Below are positions 1-11,639 of a stretch of DNA of 64,000 nucleotides, one piece after another. The notes below the pieces were generated by a model. It was not told where the DNA came from, ran no database searches, and saw only the letters and a program-made list of their open reading frames with translations. The position numbers and the translations under genes were made by a program. The DNA lies in assembly GCF_027921745.1 (NCBI RefSeq), contig NC_079238.1, forward strand, positions 3,472,001 to 3,536,000. The letters run 5' to 3'. Source of the stretch: Schizosaccharomyces osmophilus (Eukaryota). Every line of letters starts with the position of its first letter. Position 1 is the first letter of the stretch.

Positions 1-985
1 CGATTTTGATTACATTTTGGAACGTTATGAACAGAAAAAGCCTTTCTACTTGTATACTGGTCGAGGACCTAGCAGCGACAGTATGCACCTTGGACACTTG
101 ATTCCTTTCTTATTTTGTAAATGGCTTCAAGATGTTTTCCAAGTTCCTATTGTCATTCAAATGACTGACGACGAGAAGTTTCTGTTCAAACAAAATTTGA
201 CCCTTGAGGAATGTCAGCGTTTCGCTCGCGAAAATGCCAAGGATATCATCGCATGCGGATTTGACCCAAAAAAGACTCTCATTTTTGCCAACACTCAATA
301 TGTTGGTGGTGCTTTCTATCAAAACGTTGTTCGGATTTCAAAGTGCATCACTGCGAACCAAGCTAAATCTTGCTTTGGCTTCAACGATAGTGATTCTATT
401 GGAAAATTGCATTTTGCTTCAATTCAAGCAGCTCCTAGCTTTAGTAGCTCTTTCCCTAACATTTTCAACGGTGCCAAGGATGTTCCCTGTTTGATTCCTT
501 GCGCTATTGATCAAGATCCTTACTTCCGTCTCACTCGTGATGTCTCAGCTCGCCTGAAATTTAAGAAGCCTGCCTTACTTCACAGTAGATTCTTCCCTGC
601 TCTTCAAGGTCCTCAGTCTAAAATGAGTGCTAGTAAGGACAGTTCTGCCATTTTTATGACGGATACTCCCAATAAAATCAAGAATAAAGTTAACAAATAC
701 GCGTTTTCTGGTGGTGGTGCTACTGTCGAAATCCACCGTGAAAAGGGTGGAAATCCCGATGTTGATGTTGCTTATCAATATCTGTCTTTCTTCCTTGATG
801 ATGATACAAAACTTCAAGAGCTTCGTGATAGTTACAAGTCTGGTACTCTTCTTACCGGCCAACTAAAAGCTGAATGCATTAAAATTCTTCAAGAGGTTGT
901 AGGTAACTTCCAGGAAGCTAGAGGAAAGGTTGACGAAGCTACCTTGAATCTTTTCATGGATGGATCTCGAAAACTAGAGTGGTAA
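1..985 (+). CDS. wrs1: Cytoplasmic tryptophanyl-tRNA synthetase (5' truncated by window)
   Basis: [14 protein letters not shown] (HIGH-like), AIDQDPYFR and KMSAS (KMSKS-like) motifs; frame open from window start. Confidence 0.96.
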   Translation, partial: DFDYILERYEQKKPFYLYTGRGPSSDSMHLGHLIPFLFCKWLQDVFQVPIVIQMTDDEKFLFKQNLTLEECQRFARENAKDIIACGFDPKKTLIFANTQYVGGAFYQNVVRISKCITANQAKSCFGFNDSDSIGKLHFASIQAAPSFSSSFPNIFNGAKDVPCLIPCAIDQDPYFRLTRDVSARLKFKKPALLHSRFFPALQGPQSKMSASKDSSAIFMTDTPNKIKNKVNKYAFSGGGATVEIHREKGGNPDVDVAYQYLSFFLDDDTKLQELRDSYKSGTLLTGQLKAECIKILQEVVGNFQEARGKVDEATLNLFMDGSRKLEW

Positions 986-1835
986 CATGCTTAATTTACA
1001 ACTACATTACGTTCACTGAATTTGGGATAGAAAGATATCGTTCACATAATGGTTGTTTACTAGACTTGTCTTGTCTGAGTTGATTTGTTATAATTGTGGG
1101 TTTACTATCCTTATACTTTTAATTTGTACTTATTTTTGGAAGTCCATCTTGTAATTGAACGAAAAAAAATAGAGTTATCTAGATTAAATAGGAAATTTTC
1201 AGACTAGAAGTTACGTTCATATATTAATAAAAATGAAAAATGATACCAATCTTGAAAATAGTTGTCGCATTTTCATCGTATACGGCATCCTTCATCAAGT
1301 TTACTGTCCAACTAAATGGTAAAAGAGAAAAAAATCGAAGAAAAGAAATAAGTAAAAGATTTCCTTGACTACAAGCCAAAGAATTGTCGAATTAGAAGAG
1401 TTGAATCCAATAAAAATGCAGCAAAAAAGCAAAAAAAGTTATAGTGAAGACTGGACTATGCCGAGTCTTTAAACTATTTTAGTAGTTTTCTTGTTTGTTC
1501 AAACAATTAACAAGTCTAAAAATTCTTCAAAAGTGAACGCGACTTGAAAATAAAGCAAAAAGAAAAGACTCATAAAAGCAAATACAAATAGAATTAATAT
1601 GCAAAGAAAAAATAAAACGAGGGTAATCGATCGAAGTAAAACGAAAGTTATTTATGAAGCCAAATAAGCTATTAATTGAATAATCAATAGTACTCATATA
1701 TACAAGGTAGTCGATAAAAAAGAATAAAAGCGAATTAAGAATGTAAACTTGAATGATGAATGTAATGCCATGGTTTTTTTTTTTTTTCTAAAACCATGTA
1801 ATAAAACGAGCGTGAATCATGTCAAACAAGGGAAA

Positions 1836-3437
1836 TTAAACGCTAGCATTAGCTGGCATAAAACCTGGTATGGTCGGTTGAGGCACAACGACATCAATAG
1901 GCATGCTCATGTCAGATGAAACAGACAAGACATCAGATTTCGAACTTGTCCTTGGTGGGTTACCGCATCTGTCTTTACCATAACTGATGCGGAAATGTTC
2001 GTATCCATTCTTCTGTTTGATACATTCCAAAGCATAAATGGCATTAGAAATAGAGGTGAAGTTCACGAAGGCACAACTCTTTTCGCGGAAAAGATTGATA
2101 TACTCTATCTCCCCGTATTCCTCAAAATCTTGCTTGAGTCTCTCTACCGTCAGAGAATCATCTGCATTTCCAATGTAAATGTTACGACTAGCTCCACCAG
2201 CAACGGCAAGTGCAATGTTAGAAGGTAGTGGACCGCTATGTTTACCCCATCCAATTTTTAGGCGACGGTTGCGAATGACTAGTCCGTTAATGCTAGTTAA
2301 TTCAAAAAAGCGATAAGCAGAAACAGGATCAACAAATGTTACAAAACAAATGTGCTTCTCTGGAAGGAAACGGATATTATGAAGTAAGCCACCACGAACA
2401 GTGTTGCAAATTTCTTCGATAGTTGTATCAGCATGAATATTACCAATATAAACAGTTCGGTTGCCGGTTGTTATAATGTCAGGCTTTCCCATAACAGGAC
2501 TGGCAGGTGGGTATCCCATCATTGGGTAACTAGGTGATATGACACCTAATTGACCCTTATAGGGTTGCTGCTTTAAGCCACCAGCGCATCTGTCACGACC
2601 ATAAAATATCCTTCGTTTAGTCCACTTGGGATTTGATGGTAAGTTTTGAACGGCCTTGATGGCAGCTGCTATATTGAGAAAATGAACGAAAGCAATATTC
2701 TTGTCCACAACTATTTTAATTTGGTCAATAGGACCAAAAGGCCCCAAGTCTTCTCGAATTTCCTCATCGGTGATACCGCTGGGAAGATTACCAAGAAAAA
2801 CGTTTCTGCAAGCTCCCGACTGTTGAACAGCCATTAAAACAGACGAATTAGAAGCAGAGTTTTTACCCCAACCTACTTTGACATCTGCTCCTCTGATAGT
2901 GAGACGCTTCATGTGGGATTCTTGTAAGAAAGCTGTAGCATGGGTAGGATCCAGAAACGATATAAAAGCACAATTTTTCTCTGGCAAGATCCAAGCTGAT
3001 TCGATAGGACCGGTATGGACACAAGACAAAATTTCATCGATGGGTGTTCCGGATGGCAGGTTTCCAACGTATACAGTTTTCACGGGCTGTTGTCCGGTAG
3101 GATTGCTGGGCATAGGGTAATACCCAGGAGCGAAACTTGGGACGATTGGGCTAGTAACATGAGAAACGTTATAACTGGGTGCAGGATGAGGAGAATGCGC
3201 AGCCATTTGAGGGGCACCAAACGGCATACCCTGCATTGGAGTATAACTAGTAGGACTCTGCACAAATGGACTTCCCACGAGAAGGCCTGTAGGCAAAAGT
3301 CCGTGAGGAGTGTTGGGAGTAGCAACACCTCCTTCTCCGTTCATACTGTGTGGGATTGTCAAAGGAGGTAAATGGGGCTGAGTAGTTCTACCGGGAACGG
3401 AAAGACGAGATTGACTAGAAGGACTTCCACAAGACAT
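1836..3437 (-). CDS. nrd1: RNA-binding protein with 4 RRMs, negative regulator of differentiation (Nrd1/Msa2)
   Basis: Four RRMs (VYVGNL/CAFISF, VFLGNL/IAFVHF, VYIGNI/ICFVTF, IYIGNA/CAFVNF), Pro-rich N-terminus; position between wrs1 and akr1 as recalled in S. pombe. Confidence 0.88.
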   Translation of the reverse strand: MSCGSPSSQSRLSVPGRTTQPHLPPLTIPHSMNGEGGVATPNTPHGLLPTGLLVGSPFVQSPTSYTPMQGMPFGAPQMAAHSPHPAPSYNVSHVTSPIVPSFAPGYYPMPSNPTGQQPVKTVYVGNLPSGTPIDEILSCVHTGPIESAWILPEKNCAFISFLDPTHATAFLQESHMKRLTIRGADVKVGWGKNSASNSSVLMAVQQSGACRNVFLGNLPSGITDEEIREDLGPFGPIDQIKIVVDKNIAFVHFLNIAAAIKAVQNLPSNPKWTKRRIFYGRDRCAGGLKQQPYKGQLGVISPSYPMMGYPPASPVMGKPDIITTGNRTVYIGNIHADTTIEEICNTVRGGLLHNIRFLPEKHICFVTFVDPVSAYRFFELTSINGLVIRNRRLKIGWGKHSGPLPSNIALAVAGGASRNIYIGNADDSLTVERLKQDFEEYGEIEYINLFREKSCAFVNFTSISNAIYALECIKQKNGYEHFRISYGKDRCGNPPRTSSKSDVLSVSSDMSMPIDVVVPQPTIPGFMPANASV

Positions 3438-5002
3438 CAGAGAAAAACAAAGTAATGTAACAGAAAAAGTATAGAAAGGGAATAACGTAAGTAAAAAGAT
3501 AAAAAAAAAAAAGGGAATATGAACAGCAAAAGTTTCTCTTAATGAAATGAAAAGAAGAGCAAATCAAAAGACACAAGAAAAGATGTGAGTACAGTGTTTA
3601 TGTAAGATAAACGCACAAGTAGCAAAAACTTGAAGTGAATATTGGAGAAAGGAAATCTCAGAGAATCTTCAAGCTTGTTGCTATAGCTTTCCAAATGGGT
3701 TTTCGTACAAAAAGGTAAGAAAACGAACTATAAACTCTTTTGGGGTTCGTTTGTTATTATCCAAAGGTAAATCAGAATGAGAAACCGAAGATGAATGTTT
3801 GACAAAATGTGTAGCAAAATCACCAAATACAAAAGAGTCAATTAAAATGAACGAATGGAATGCAAAACTTCAAATGAGCCAGCAGCGTCTTAGTAAATCG
3901 CACTTCTTTTAAACGAAGTGTGCAAGTAAGACAAGTAGAAAGCGAAGGGGACAAGAAGAAAAATTTAAGAATTGAAAATTGAGAAATTAAACTGCTAAAG
4001 AATAATGTTTGAAAAGGGATGAATGATATCCAAAAGACAAAGAGACAACCAAAAATCCTTGAGGAAACCCGCGAATAAAAAGACTGAATTCAACTTAATC
4101 CTTGAGATATAAATGGTAACCACTATTAGGATTGTAATAAAAGATCTCAAAAGAAAGAAAGAAAGACTATTCAAATGATCAAAAGTTATGTCCTTACGCA
4201 AATCACACGTGAAGAGAACGCGCAAATAAAAGCACTGAATAAAAGTATTAAAGAGAAAAAAAATAGGAAAAATAAAAATGAAAGAACAACGCGACGAACA
4301 ATAACTGTTCTACCCGTTTCAAGTATTAGCGTTCAATATGTTATAGGTAAATGAAAGAATCTCCACCAACATTGGACTACCCTGTCGTTTGTTGGTATAA
4401 ATTCACAAAGCGATCGGGATAACGAGGATAACCGAGGTAGCAGTAAAAAACAGAGACGTTGTGAAACACTTCGTGTTAGAAAAGAAGGAAATTTCCGTAT
4501 ATATAATTACTAATATAGAATGAATAATTATGCTCTATGATTCTAATGGATATGCTATTTATTTTCATGTGGCTTGTTCAAAAACTGGCGCTAAGATGGG
4601 CATGTTTGCATTTGCTTCATCCTTGCCAAGCCACAGTAATGAAATAATAAATAAATAAAATAACAAAATAAAATAAAATAAAATCAAGAAAGAAACGAAA
4701 CGAAAATAGAAAAGAGGAGAAACAATAAAAGAGGAATTTGGCAAACTGAATATATAATTCTTTTTTTAAGGGTTTTTTGTTGTTTACAATGCTTTCCCAA
4801 CCGTATTGTATGTCAAGTGATGATTTTTTTTTTTCTTTTCCAACAAGAGAACCTTTGTAGTTTAATGCCATGAAACCAGCCGAAAGTCGTTCATAAGGTG
4901 CGTTGCTTCCTGAATATAAAAGTCATTCTAGCATTTGTAAAAGGTGACAAGAACAGAAACACAAATATTGGAGGAAAGAGGAACGGGAAGATGAGTATGC
5001 AT

Positions 5003-6922
5003 TTACGGATTCCGATTGGACTCAATATCTGTCTTTTGTTCATCCGATAGTCCTCGCCAAAAATACATACAATTTTTGTATGTACCTTGCTTGTCATGTG
5101 GATTCACTGAAGATATGCTGAGATCCTGCGGGAGAGAGGAATAACGATTATTCCATCGGCATACTAGAAAGCGAAACACATCACGGGTGAATACGAGGTA
5201 TTGATCTAAGCCAACAAGCGCTGTGAGTGTATGTACCAAGCTATGGTGATGTTTGTTTGGATTCCGAGGCACCATTCCTTGACTTGTAGGAGCAGAAAAT
5301 GATTTATACTTTTGAAACAGCCTATACTCAGCAGTTGTCATGTTGTGAGCCACTTGCCATAATTGAGTAAAACTTAATGAGAAGATCCAAACCCAATTAA
5401 TACAAACGATAAAAATAGAAACGATGACAAACATATCTTTCAGCATCCATTCACAAAACGTACCGCCAACAAACAGACAAGTATACGATTTGTACTTTTC
5501 CTGAATAGGAATCAGCGACAAGTATACAAAGCCCGTGTAGCAATAGAGAGGAATCAAAAAAACAAGTGATAAAGTGTAAATAAGAAAGGATTTGTGGTTT
5601 TTCATGCCAACACAGTTGCCAATCCAGGGACAATGATGATCATACCGATAAACGCAGCGGCCACAAGAGATACAATGGAAAGATCTGTTTGGCTTCAATT
5701 GAAGACACTTTAGGCAAAAACTATTTTGATCGAAAGCATTTCTGCCAAGCAAATCTTCTATACATTCCCTTCTTTGCGTCACACCGCCGATTGTAGGAAT
5801 ATAACCGGGATCCTGAAAGGCAGAAATGACATAGTAAGCAATGCAAAAGATAGAAAGAATTAAGAAAGATCCAAACAAAACGAAACTTTCTCGGTAAAGG
5901 ACGGGTAGTATATTGATACATGCATGACTCCAAACCCAAAAAAAGATCGAAGAAAACACGCCAGCTAGGAAGGGAGTTTGAACGAAAAATGAAGTTATTT
6001 CTGTAGATGACTCTATATAAAAAATAAGGAATTTGGATGACAAATAGAGACAAACTGGAGCTAAAAAGATGGATAGTATGACCGGGCAAACGCTCATGAT
6101 AAAAAGCGCAACCCCAATAATAGGAAAACAAGCTAGAAAACATAACCAAAAGTACGTCCTTTTAGAAAATCGATGGCTGAAAAGAATAATCTGATATTTT
6201 TCTGCTGGTTCGTTCGCAATTACTTGGACTTGGAACCCATTCACAATCAAGGCTTCTTGAAAAACTTTAGATACTCCAAGCTCCAAAGACAAAGACCAAG
6301 GCGTTTTCAATTGACCAGACAAGTTCGCAACAGCTGTTGTTTCGGATAAACCACATTCTTGAAGGATCAGCCTCATGCATTTGGAGTTTGCTCCTACCAA
6401 AGACCAATGTAACGGCGTCATTTCTTCACTATCCGTTGCGTGAACATCGGCTCCCCATTTCAGTAGACAATTGGTTACCATCTCATTGCCATGGTAGACA
6501 GCCCACATAAGAGGCGTATGCTGATTTTCATCTGGAGAGTCGACTGGAATATCCAAATGCAGAAGATACACCACCAAAAATGCATTAGAGGAGTGAACAG
6601 CCAAATGTAGACAATGAAACCCTTGGCTATCATGCATCAACGGATCACCACCTCGCTGAACCAAGTAATTTACCATTTCTACTAATCCTCGCTTCGCAGC
6701 CCAGTGAAGAGGGGTTGCCCCCAAATTTCCAGCAGTACTGTTTATATCGATGCCATTCTCCAGCAAGTAATTGCAAACTTCGAATTGCTGATTCAAAGCA
6801 GCCCAATGGAGCGCCGTCGCTCCTCCTTCATCTTTATCGTCGATACTAGAGATTCTAGCTTGAATATCATTTTTTATAGATTCAATGTCACCCTGACTTG
6901 CCGCAGCAAATATATTCCCCAT
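5003..6922 (-). CDS. akr1: Ankyrin-repeat DHHC palmitoyltransferase
   Basis: Ankyrin repeats (TALHWAA, TPLHWAA, TPLMWAV), TM helices, DHHC motif (YDHHCPWIGNCVG); first ATG at 6922. Confidence 0.93.
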   Translation of the reverse strand: MGNIFAAASQGDIESIKNDIQARISSIDDKDEGGATALHWAALNQQFEVCNYLLENGIDINSTAGNLGATPLHWAAKRGLVEMVNYLVQRGGDPLMHDSQGFHCLHLAVHSSNAFLVVYLLHLDIPVDSPDENQHTPLMWAVYHGNEMVTNCLLKWGADVHATDSEEMTPLHWSLVGANSKCMRLILQECGLSETTAVANLSGQLKTPWSLSLELGVSKVFQEALIVNGFQVQVIANEPAEKYQIILFSHRFSKRTYFWLCFLACFPIIGVALFIMSVCPVILSIFLAPVCLYLSSKFLIFYIESSTEITSFFVQTPFLAGVFSSIFFWVWSHACINILPVLYRESFVLFGSFLILSIFCIAYYVISAFQDPGYIPTIGGVTQRRECIEDLLGRNAFDQNSFCLKCLQLKPNRSFHCISCGRCVYRYDHHCPWIGNCVGMKNHKSFLIYTLSLVFLIPLYCYTGFVYLSLIPIQEKYKSYTCLFVGGTFCEWMLKDMFVIVSIFIVCINWVWIFSLSFTQLWQVAHNMTTAEYRLFQKYKSFSAPTSQGMVPRNPNKHHHSLVHTLTALVGLDQYLVFTRDVFRFLVCRWNNRYSSLPQDLSISSVNPHDKQGTYKNCMYFWRGLSDEQKTDIESNRNP

Positions 6923-7646
6923 TTCGTATAGCGGTGTATAGGAAACAACCAAGCAAGACTGTAAGAAGCCCAAACTCAAATGAATTGTCCTCCTATTGTA
7001 ATTTCAATGTGTGAAAAAGAAAATAAAGGCTACCTTTTTCGTAATTGTGTTACGTTTCTAGTGTTGATCAAATTCACTGTGTTTTGGTAACTTTGAAAAG
7101 TCCGCTAACATTCAATTCTCACTTTGGCTTCCCGTATGGTTTCCAATTCATACATCAAAAGACAAAGATAATATCGGTTGACAAAATCTACTCTCTTGAA
7201 AATACTTGCTTGCCATTTTCCATCGTTTCTCAGTGGTAAGTTGTTCAACAAAGCGATAATGTCATATTAATTTTCAATATAGATTTATGAAAAATAACCT
7301 TATAGGAGAAAAACATCGGTATCCATTCTATACTTTTACTCATTGCTTATTCTATCTGCACACTACCAGAAAGCAATCGCCATTAAACGCTTGGTTAAGG
7401 GATCTTTTCTCTGATTTTTTATACAAACGCAAAATTACACGTACTTTTGTCTTTAGCAATTCATACTGAGCATACCAAGGAGTTGTTTTGATTGCAGGAA
7501 TTTGTCAGTGTTACAGAAACCGAGTCATTACAATATATAATTTCTTTCCTTTTGCGTTCAGCTTTTGGTCATGAATGTTCTTTTTCCTTACATTTGATAA
7601 CTAACTAGATTTTTCTGACATAAAACATAAGAGTAAACTTGGAAAA

Positions 7647-9131
7647 ATGACCATGCAGAATTTCTGTCGTGGATGTGGCCATACATTACAGTCATTAAAT
7701 CCAAAAGCTGGCGGATTCAAACGCTCGCTCAAACCTTCAGTTTTACATCTGAGCCCTCAGACTTCAAGATGGAATTCTCGGAGAAATGAACAAAGTATCT
7801 TTGAAGGTTCATTCTCCAAGTTAGATCCTAAATTTCAAAAGCTTTTTCCTAAAACACCTTCAGTTCCTATTGCTAAAGAGAAAACCTTTAATACTCATCT
7901 GTGGTGTCAAAGATGTCACGATATAAAGTTTTACAATCGCTTTCAACAAGAAGATTTGTTGCAGGAGCCTACAGCCACGCTGACTGAAGTCATAAAGGGT
8001 ATAAATGCTGATCCGAAAACCGCTCTGGTTCTTCAAATTACCGATGTTAGTGATCTTAACCCCGATCACTTTATCTCAGCTAAAACGCTGACGGATTTCC
8101 CTGTATTTCATGTTTTTAGCCATGTTGATACTCTCCCTCGTCCTAATGCATCTTGGTTATTCCAGGCACTTGGTTTGGTTCCCGAAAACGCGATGCTACT
8201 AACAGCACGTGGAAGCCCTACAGAAACTATGAAGGAACTTCTTACAAATATCCAGCGGTTACTTACGCCAGGTGGTCATGTATACATAATTGGGGAAGCA
8301 AACTCTGGTAAATCCAGTCTTATTCAAAGCTTTGCTCAGTATGGAAATGGTTTGGTGAAAGAATTATCAATGGAAAGTTTTATTCCAGGAACGACATTAA
8401 AATCTATGCCTTTTTCGGCTTCAAGTTTTGGAAGTACCTTTACTGGTCTAAAAGATGGCAAAGTGATAGATACCCCAGGGTATTCAGGAACGTTAGGGTC
8501 TTTATTACCTTGGATAGACTCGAAAATATTTAAAGAGCTGGTTCCTAAAGTCCGTTCACGCAAAAAGCAGCTTCAATCCAAACCACTTCAGGTGCCGATT
8601 TACTCTGCCCAGAGTATTTTATTTGGAGGCCTTGTTCGTGTTACACCAATGGAAATTTCAGCTGAGGAATTCGTCGACATGGAGCAAAGACAAGTCCAAA
8701 AAAACCAAAAAATAAACCTACCGTCCAATGACAAAGGTGTCTCTTCATTTCATATTCCTCCTTATATTTCCCACCCAGATTATAATGAGCCCTTGCTGGC
8801 TAAAATTTTTACTAAAATACCTTTTCACATCAGCAGCACGGAGAAAATAAAAAAACTCGAGCAGAAATGTTCAGAGAACTCTGCGATACAGCTCGTCACT
8901 CGTGCACCCAGTAAGCTACTGCCTTCGTTTCTCACATATATACAACCCAAAAAACTTCACTCACATGTGTATGACTCTTTCTCGAATGGAGAATTATTAA
9001 TTCACAATTTTGGTTTCGTTTCCTTTGATACTCCTCGGCCGTTCAAACTACTTATTGAAGCTGTGAATCCTCTGGCTGTATCATGGAGACCTTCATCTTA
9101 CATATTGGAGACCCCAAAGTCAGCTTCCTGA
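7647..9131 (+). CDS. gep3: Mitochondrial circularly permuted GTPase (Gep3/NOA1/YqeH family)
   Basis: CxxC...CQRC zinc knuckle, G1 GEANSGKSS, G2 PGTT, G3 DTPG. Confidence 0.8.
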   Translation: MTMQNFCRGCGHTLQSLNPKAGGFKRSLKPSVLHLSPQTSRWNSRRNEQSIFEGSFSKLDPKFQKLFPKTPSVPIAKEKTFNTHLWCQRCHDIKFYNRFQQEDLLQEPTATLTEVIKGINADPKTALVLQITDVSDLNPDHFISAKTLTDFPVFHVFSHVDTLPRPNASWLFQALGLVPENAMLLTARGSPTETMKELLTNIQRLLTPGGHVYIIGEANSGKSSLIQSFAQYGNGLVKELSMESFIPGTTLKSMPFSASSFGSTFTGLKDGKVIDTPGYSGTLGSLLPWIDSKIFKELVPKVRSRKKQLQSKPLQVPIYSAQSILFGGLVRVTPMEISAEEFVDMEQRQVQKNQKINLPSNDKGVSSFHIPPYISHPDYNEPLLAKIFTKIPFHISSTEKIKKLEQKCSENSAIQLVTRAPSKLLPSFLTYIQPKKLHSHVYDSFSNGELLIHNFGFVSFDTPRPFKLLIEAVNPLAVSWRPSSYILETPKSAS

Positions 9132-9401
9132 TTTTACTAATAATAATTTTGATTGCTATAATAATTTAGATAGACTAATCGTAGAGACCTGTTTAGTGGA
9201 CTTGGAGTTAAAAATGAATATCATCATGTTAGCTAGACATCTAGCGTGAGAAACCAACACAAAGTAAATATTTGTTTAAAAAACTACTAAAAAATATATC
9301 TGAGACAATAGTATTTTCCAGTGAAACAGAATTCCGTATAGCCTCCTTACATCTAAAAAGCTGCGGTAATTTAGTCTGTGCGCAATTTTATCCAAAGCCT
9401 A

Positions 9402-11150
9402 ATGGATGCCAACTTGCAGCATTGTCTGTCGTCTGATCAAGCTTATTTATCTCAAATATCGGAAAATCAATTAGAAACTAGCATTTCTAATACCACGCTT
9501 TCTCGATATCAGAATGCGCGTGAATTACTGTCCTTGCGTTCGGGTTCAGAGGCAGCAATAAGTAGATTTGGCATTGGCTATGCAGGTTTTGGAAATGGAT
9601 GGACCTCTACTAAATCAAAAGTTGTCTACCCTAACCAAAAAAAAAGAGTGCGAGGTCGGTATTGCTATTCATTCAACCGGAGGACAAATGGGACCCAAGC
9701 TGAATTACCAGTGGATTTAGTACCAATAAGACTGGAGATTGATGCAGATAGATATAAATTAAGAGAATCATTTACCTGGAATGCATACGATAAATGTATT
9801 CCTTTAGACGTTTTCGCCGAGCAGCTATGTTTAGATTATGACATTCCTCCGAATCATATGCATATGGCACAGAATATATCAAAAAGTATACAGTCCCAAA
9901 TTCATGATTATCGGCCTATTCGACAAGCTCTCGATTCATCTTTACAAGCCAAATTGGACGACTCTTACCAACGGCGGCATCCTTCATTTTCAGAAGATGG
10001 GATTTCTATAGACGAATCACCGCAGACATACAAAGAAGAAACTAATAACGGTGGCACGGATCTTCGTTTTTTGGTGAATCTTGATATTACGATAGGACGT
10101 TTAAACCTCGTGGATCAATTCGAATGGGATTTATTTTCATCATCTGGAAGTGCTGAGGAATTTGCTTCAGTCATGTGCTTTGACCTTGGTTTAAGTGGAG
10201 ACTTTTGTACCGCAATTTCTCATTCTATCCGAGAGCAATCGCAAATGTATTTGAAGTCCCTAGTCTTGATCGGTTATACATTTGATGGAAAAGAAATTGA
10301 CGATGAAGAAATACGATCGTTTATGTTACCATCTTTAAAGGAAGCACTTCGCTCGAATGATATGAATGCAAAGTCCTATTCACCGATGGTATATGAACTA
10401 TCTGATGCTGAAATGGAACGTCAAGACCGTGGATACGATCGTGAAGCTAGAAGGATGAGAAGACGACAAGGGCGTGCAAAGCATGGTGTGGCTCTTCCTG
10501 ATTTAAATGACATCCCAAAAATACATAGAACGTCTTATAAAAACTCATCGGTTCCTTTTGATGACGACTGGAACCAAACGTATGCTGATGCAATTGCACA
10601 GAAGCAAGCAACACTCGACTATCAAGCCTTCATGGCTCCAATGAAGGAAAGTTTAGTCCTCAGCTTTAAAATATCTCCAGAAAAACTCAAAATGTCTTTG
10701 GATCGTTCCTCAGGCTCTTCTAAACTCATGCCTTCATTCTTGCCGCAAGCATATCCCCCTAACACTTCTCAGCTTAATTATCCCGCTATTCAGAATGAAC
10801 TTTTAAATAATTCTACAGTTAACCCATATTATAGTTCTTCTTTGGCTTCGCCAAAACCGACTGAAGTTCCAACGATGACCCAAACACAAGGAAACCCCTT
10901 ACCGAACTTTGCCCCAGATTGGGTAAAACATTGTGTTGAAGAAATAAACTACAAATATCCTAATGAAAAGTTTGATCTCATGGTAAAACATGCTGAGAAT
11001 CCTGCTGAGCAGATTTTTGTGCGGATTCGTTGCCAATACTGCGCTAATGATATTTTTTCGGCTGGTCCTGGATTATCTTTTGGAAACTTTGAAATTCACT
11101 TGCTTTCTAAGACGCACCAGCTAAATAAAGAATCTCAGATGCTGCTATAA
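9402..11150 (+). CDS. snf5: SWI/SNF complex subunit Snf5 (true start uncertain)
   Basis: SNF5 repeats LVPIRLEID..LRESFTWN and LVDQFEWD..AEEFA..DLGL; first ATG at 9402. Confidence 0.88.
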   Translation: MDANLQHCLSSDQAYLSQISENQLETSISNTTLSRYQNARELLSLRSGSEAAISRFGIGYAGFGNGWTSTKSKVVYPNQKKRVRGRYCYSFNRRTNGTQAELPVDLVPIRLEIDADRYKLRESFTWNAYDKCIPLDVFAEQLCLDYDIPPNHMHMAQNISKSIQSQIHDYRPIRQALDSSLQAKLDDSYQRRHPSFSEDGISIDESPQTYKEETNNGGTDLRFLVNLDITIGRLNLVDQFEWDLFSSSGSAEEFASVMCFDLGLSGDFCTAISHSIREQSQMYLKSLVLIGYTFDGKEIDDEEIRSFMLPSLKEALRSNDMNAKSYSPMVYELSDAEMERQDRGYDREARRMRRRQGRAKHGVALPDLNDIPKIHRTSYKNSSVPFDDDWNQTYADAIAQKQATLDYQAFMAPMKESLVLSFKISPEKLKMSLDRSSGSSKLMPSFLPQAYPPNTSQLNYPAIQNELLNNSTVNPYYSSSLASPKPTEVPTMTQTQGNPLPNFAPDWVKHCVEEINYKYPNEKFDLMVKHAENPAEQIFVRIRCQYCANDIFSAGPGLSFGNFEIHLLSKTHQLNKESQMLL

Positions 11151-11639
11151 TACAAAAACTTACGAGTGAAAAGTTTGCATTTTTAAGGCCTAATGGTGTC
11201 GGATATCTGCACGTCCCTTGTAATATACGTTTCTTCTTCTGTGAATGCTATCACGATCAATGCATAATTATGAGTTTAACGAATTTTTACATCGGCTGTT
11301 TTTTTTTTTTTTGATTTTCTAATTTTGGAGAATGGAAAATGATTTTCAAAAAATAATATAAAAATACTTTGGCATAATCTATACGTACCCTATTTAAGCT
11401 GTTAACCTTCATACTGAGCAGATAGATCTCACATTATTCTTGAACGGAGGAGTTTTCGGCGCAAATATATAAATTTATAATAGCTGAGAGAAACAAAACA
11501 AAAAGAACTCTTTTTATTTTCTTTTTTATTTAGGCCATATGATGGTGTACCTTACCTCTCGTTATTTAGATGAACACTGACCTGACTGAAGGAACTACGA
11601 ACTCCCTTGGTGCACACGACTGAGCTGGTTTTCTTTACG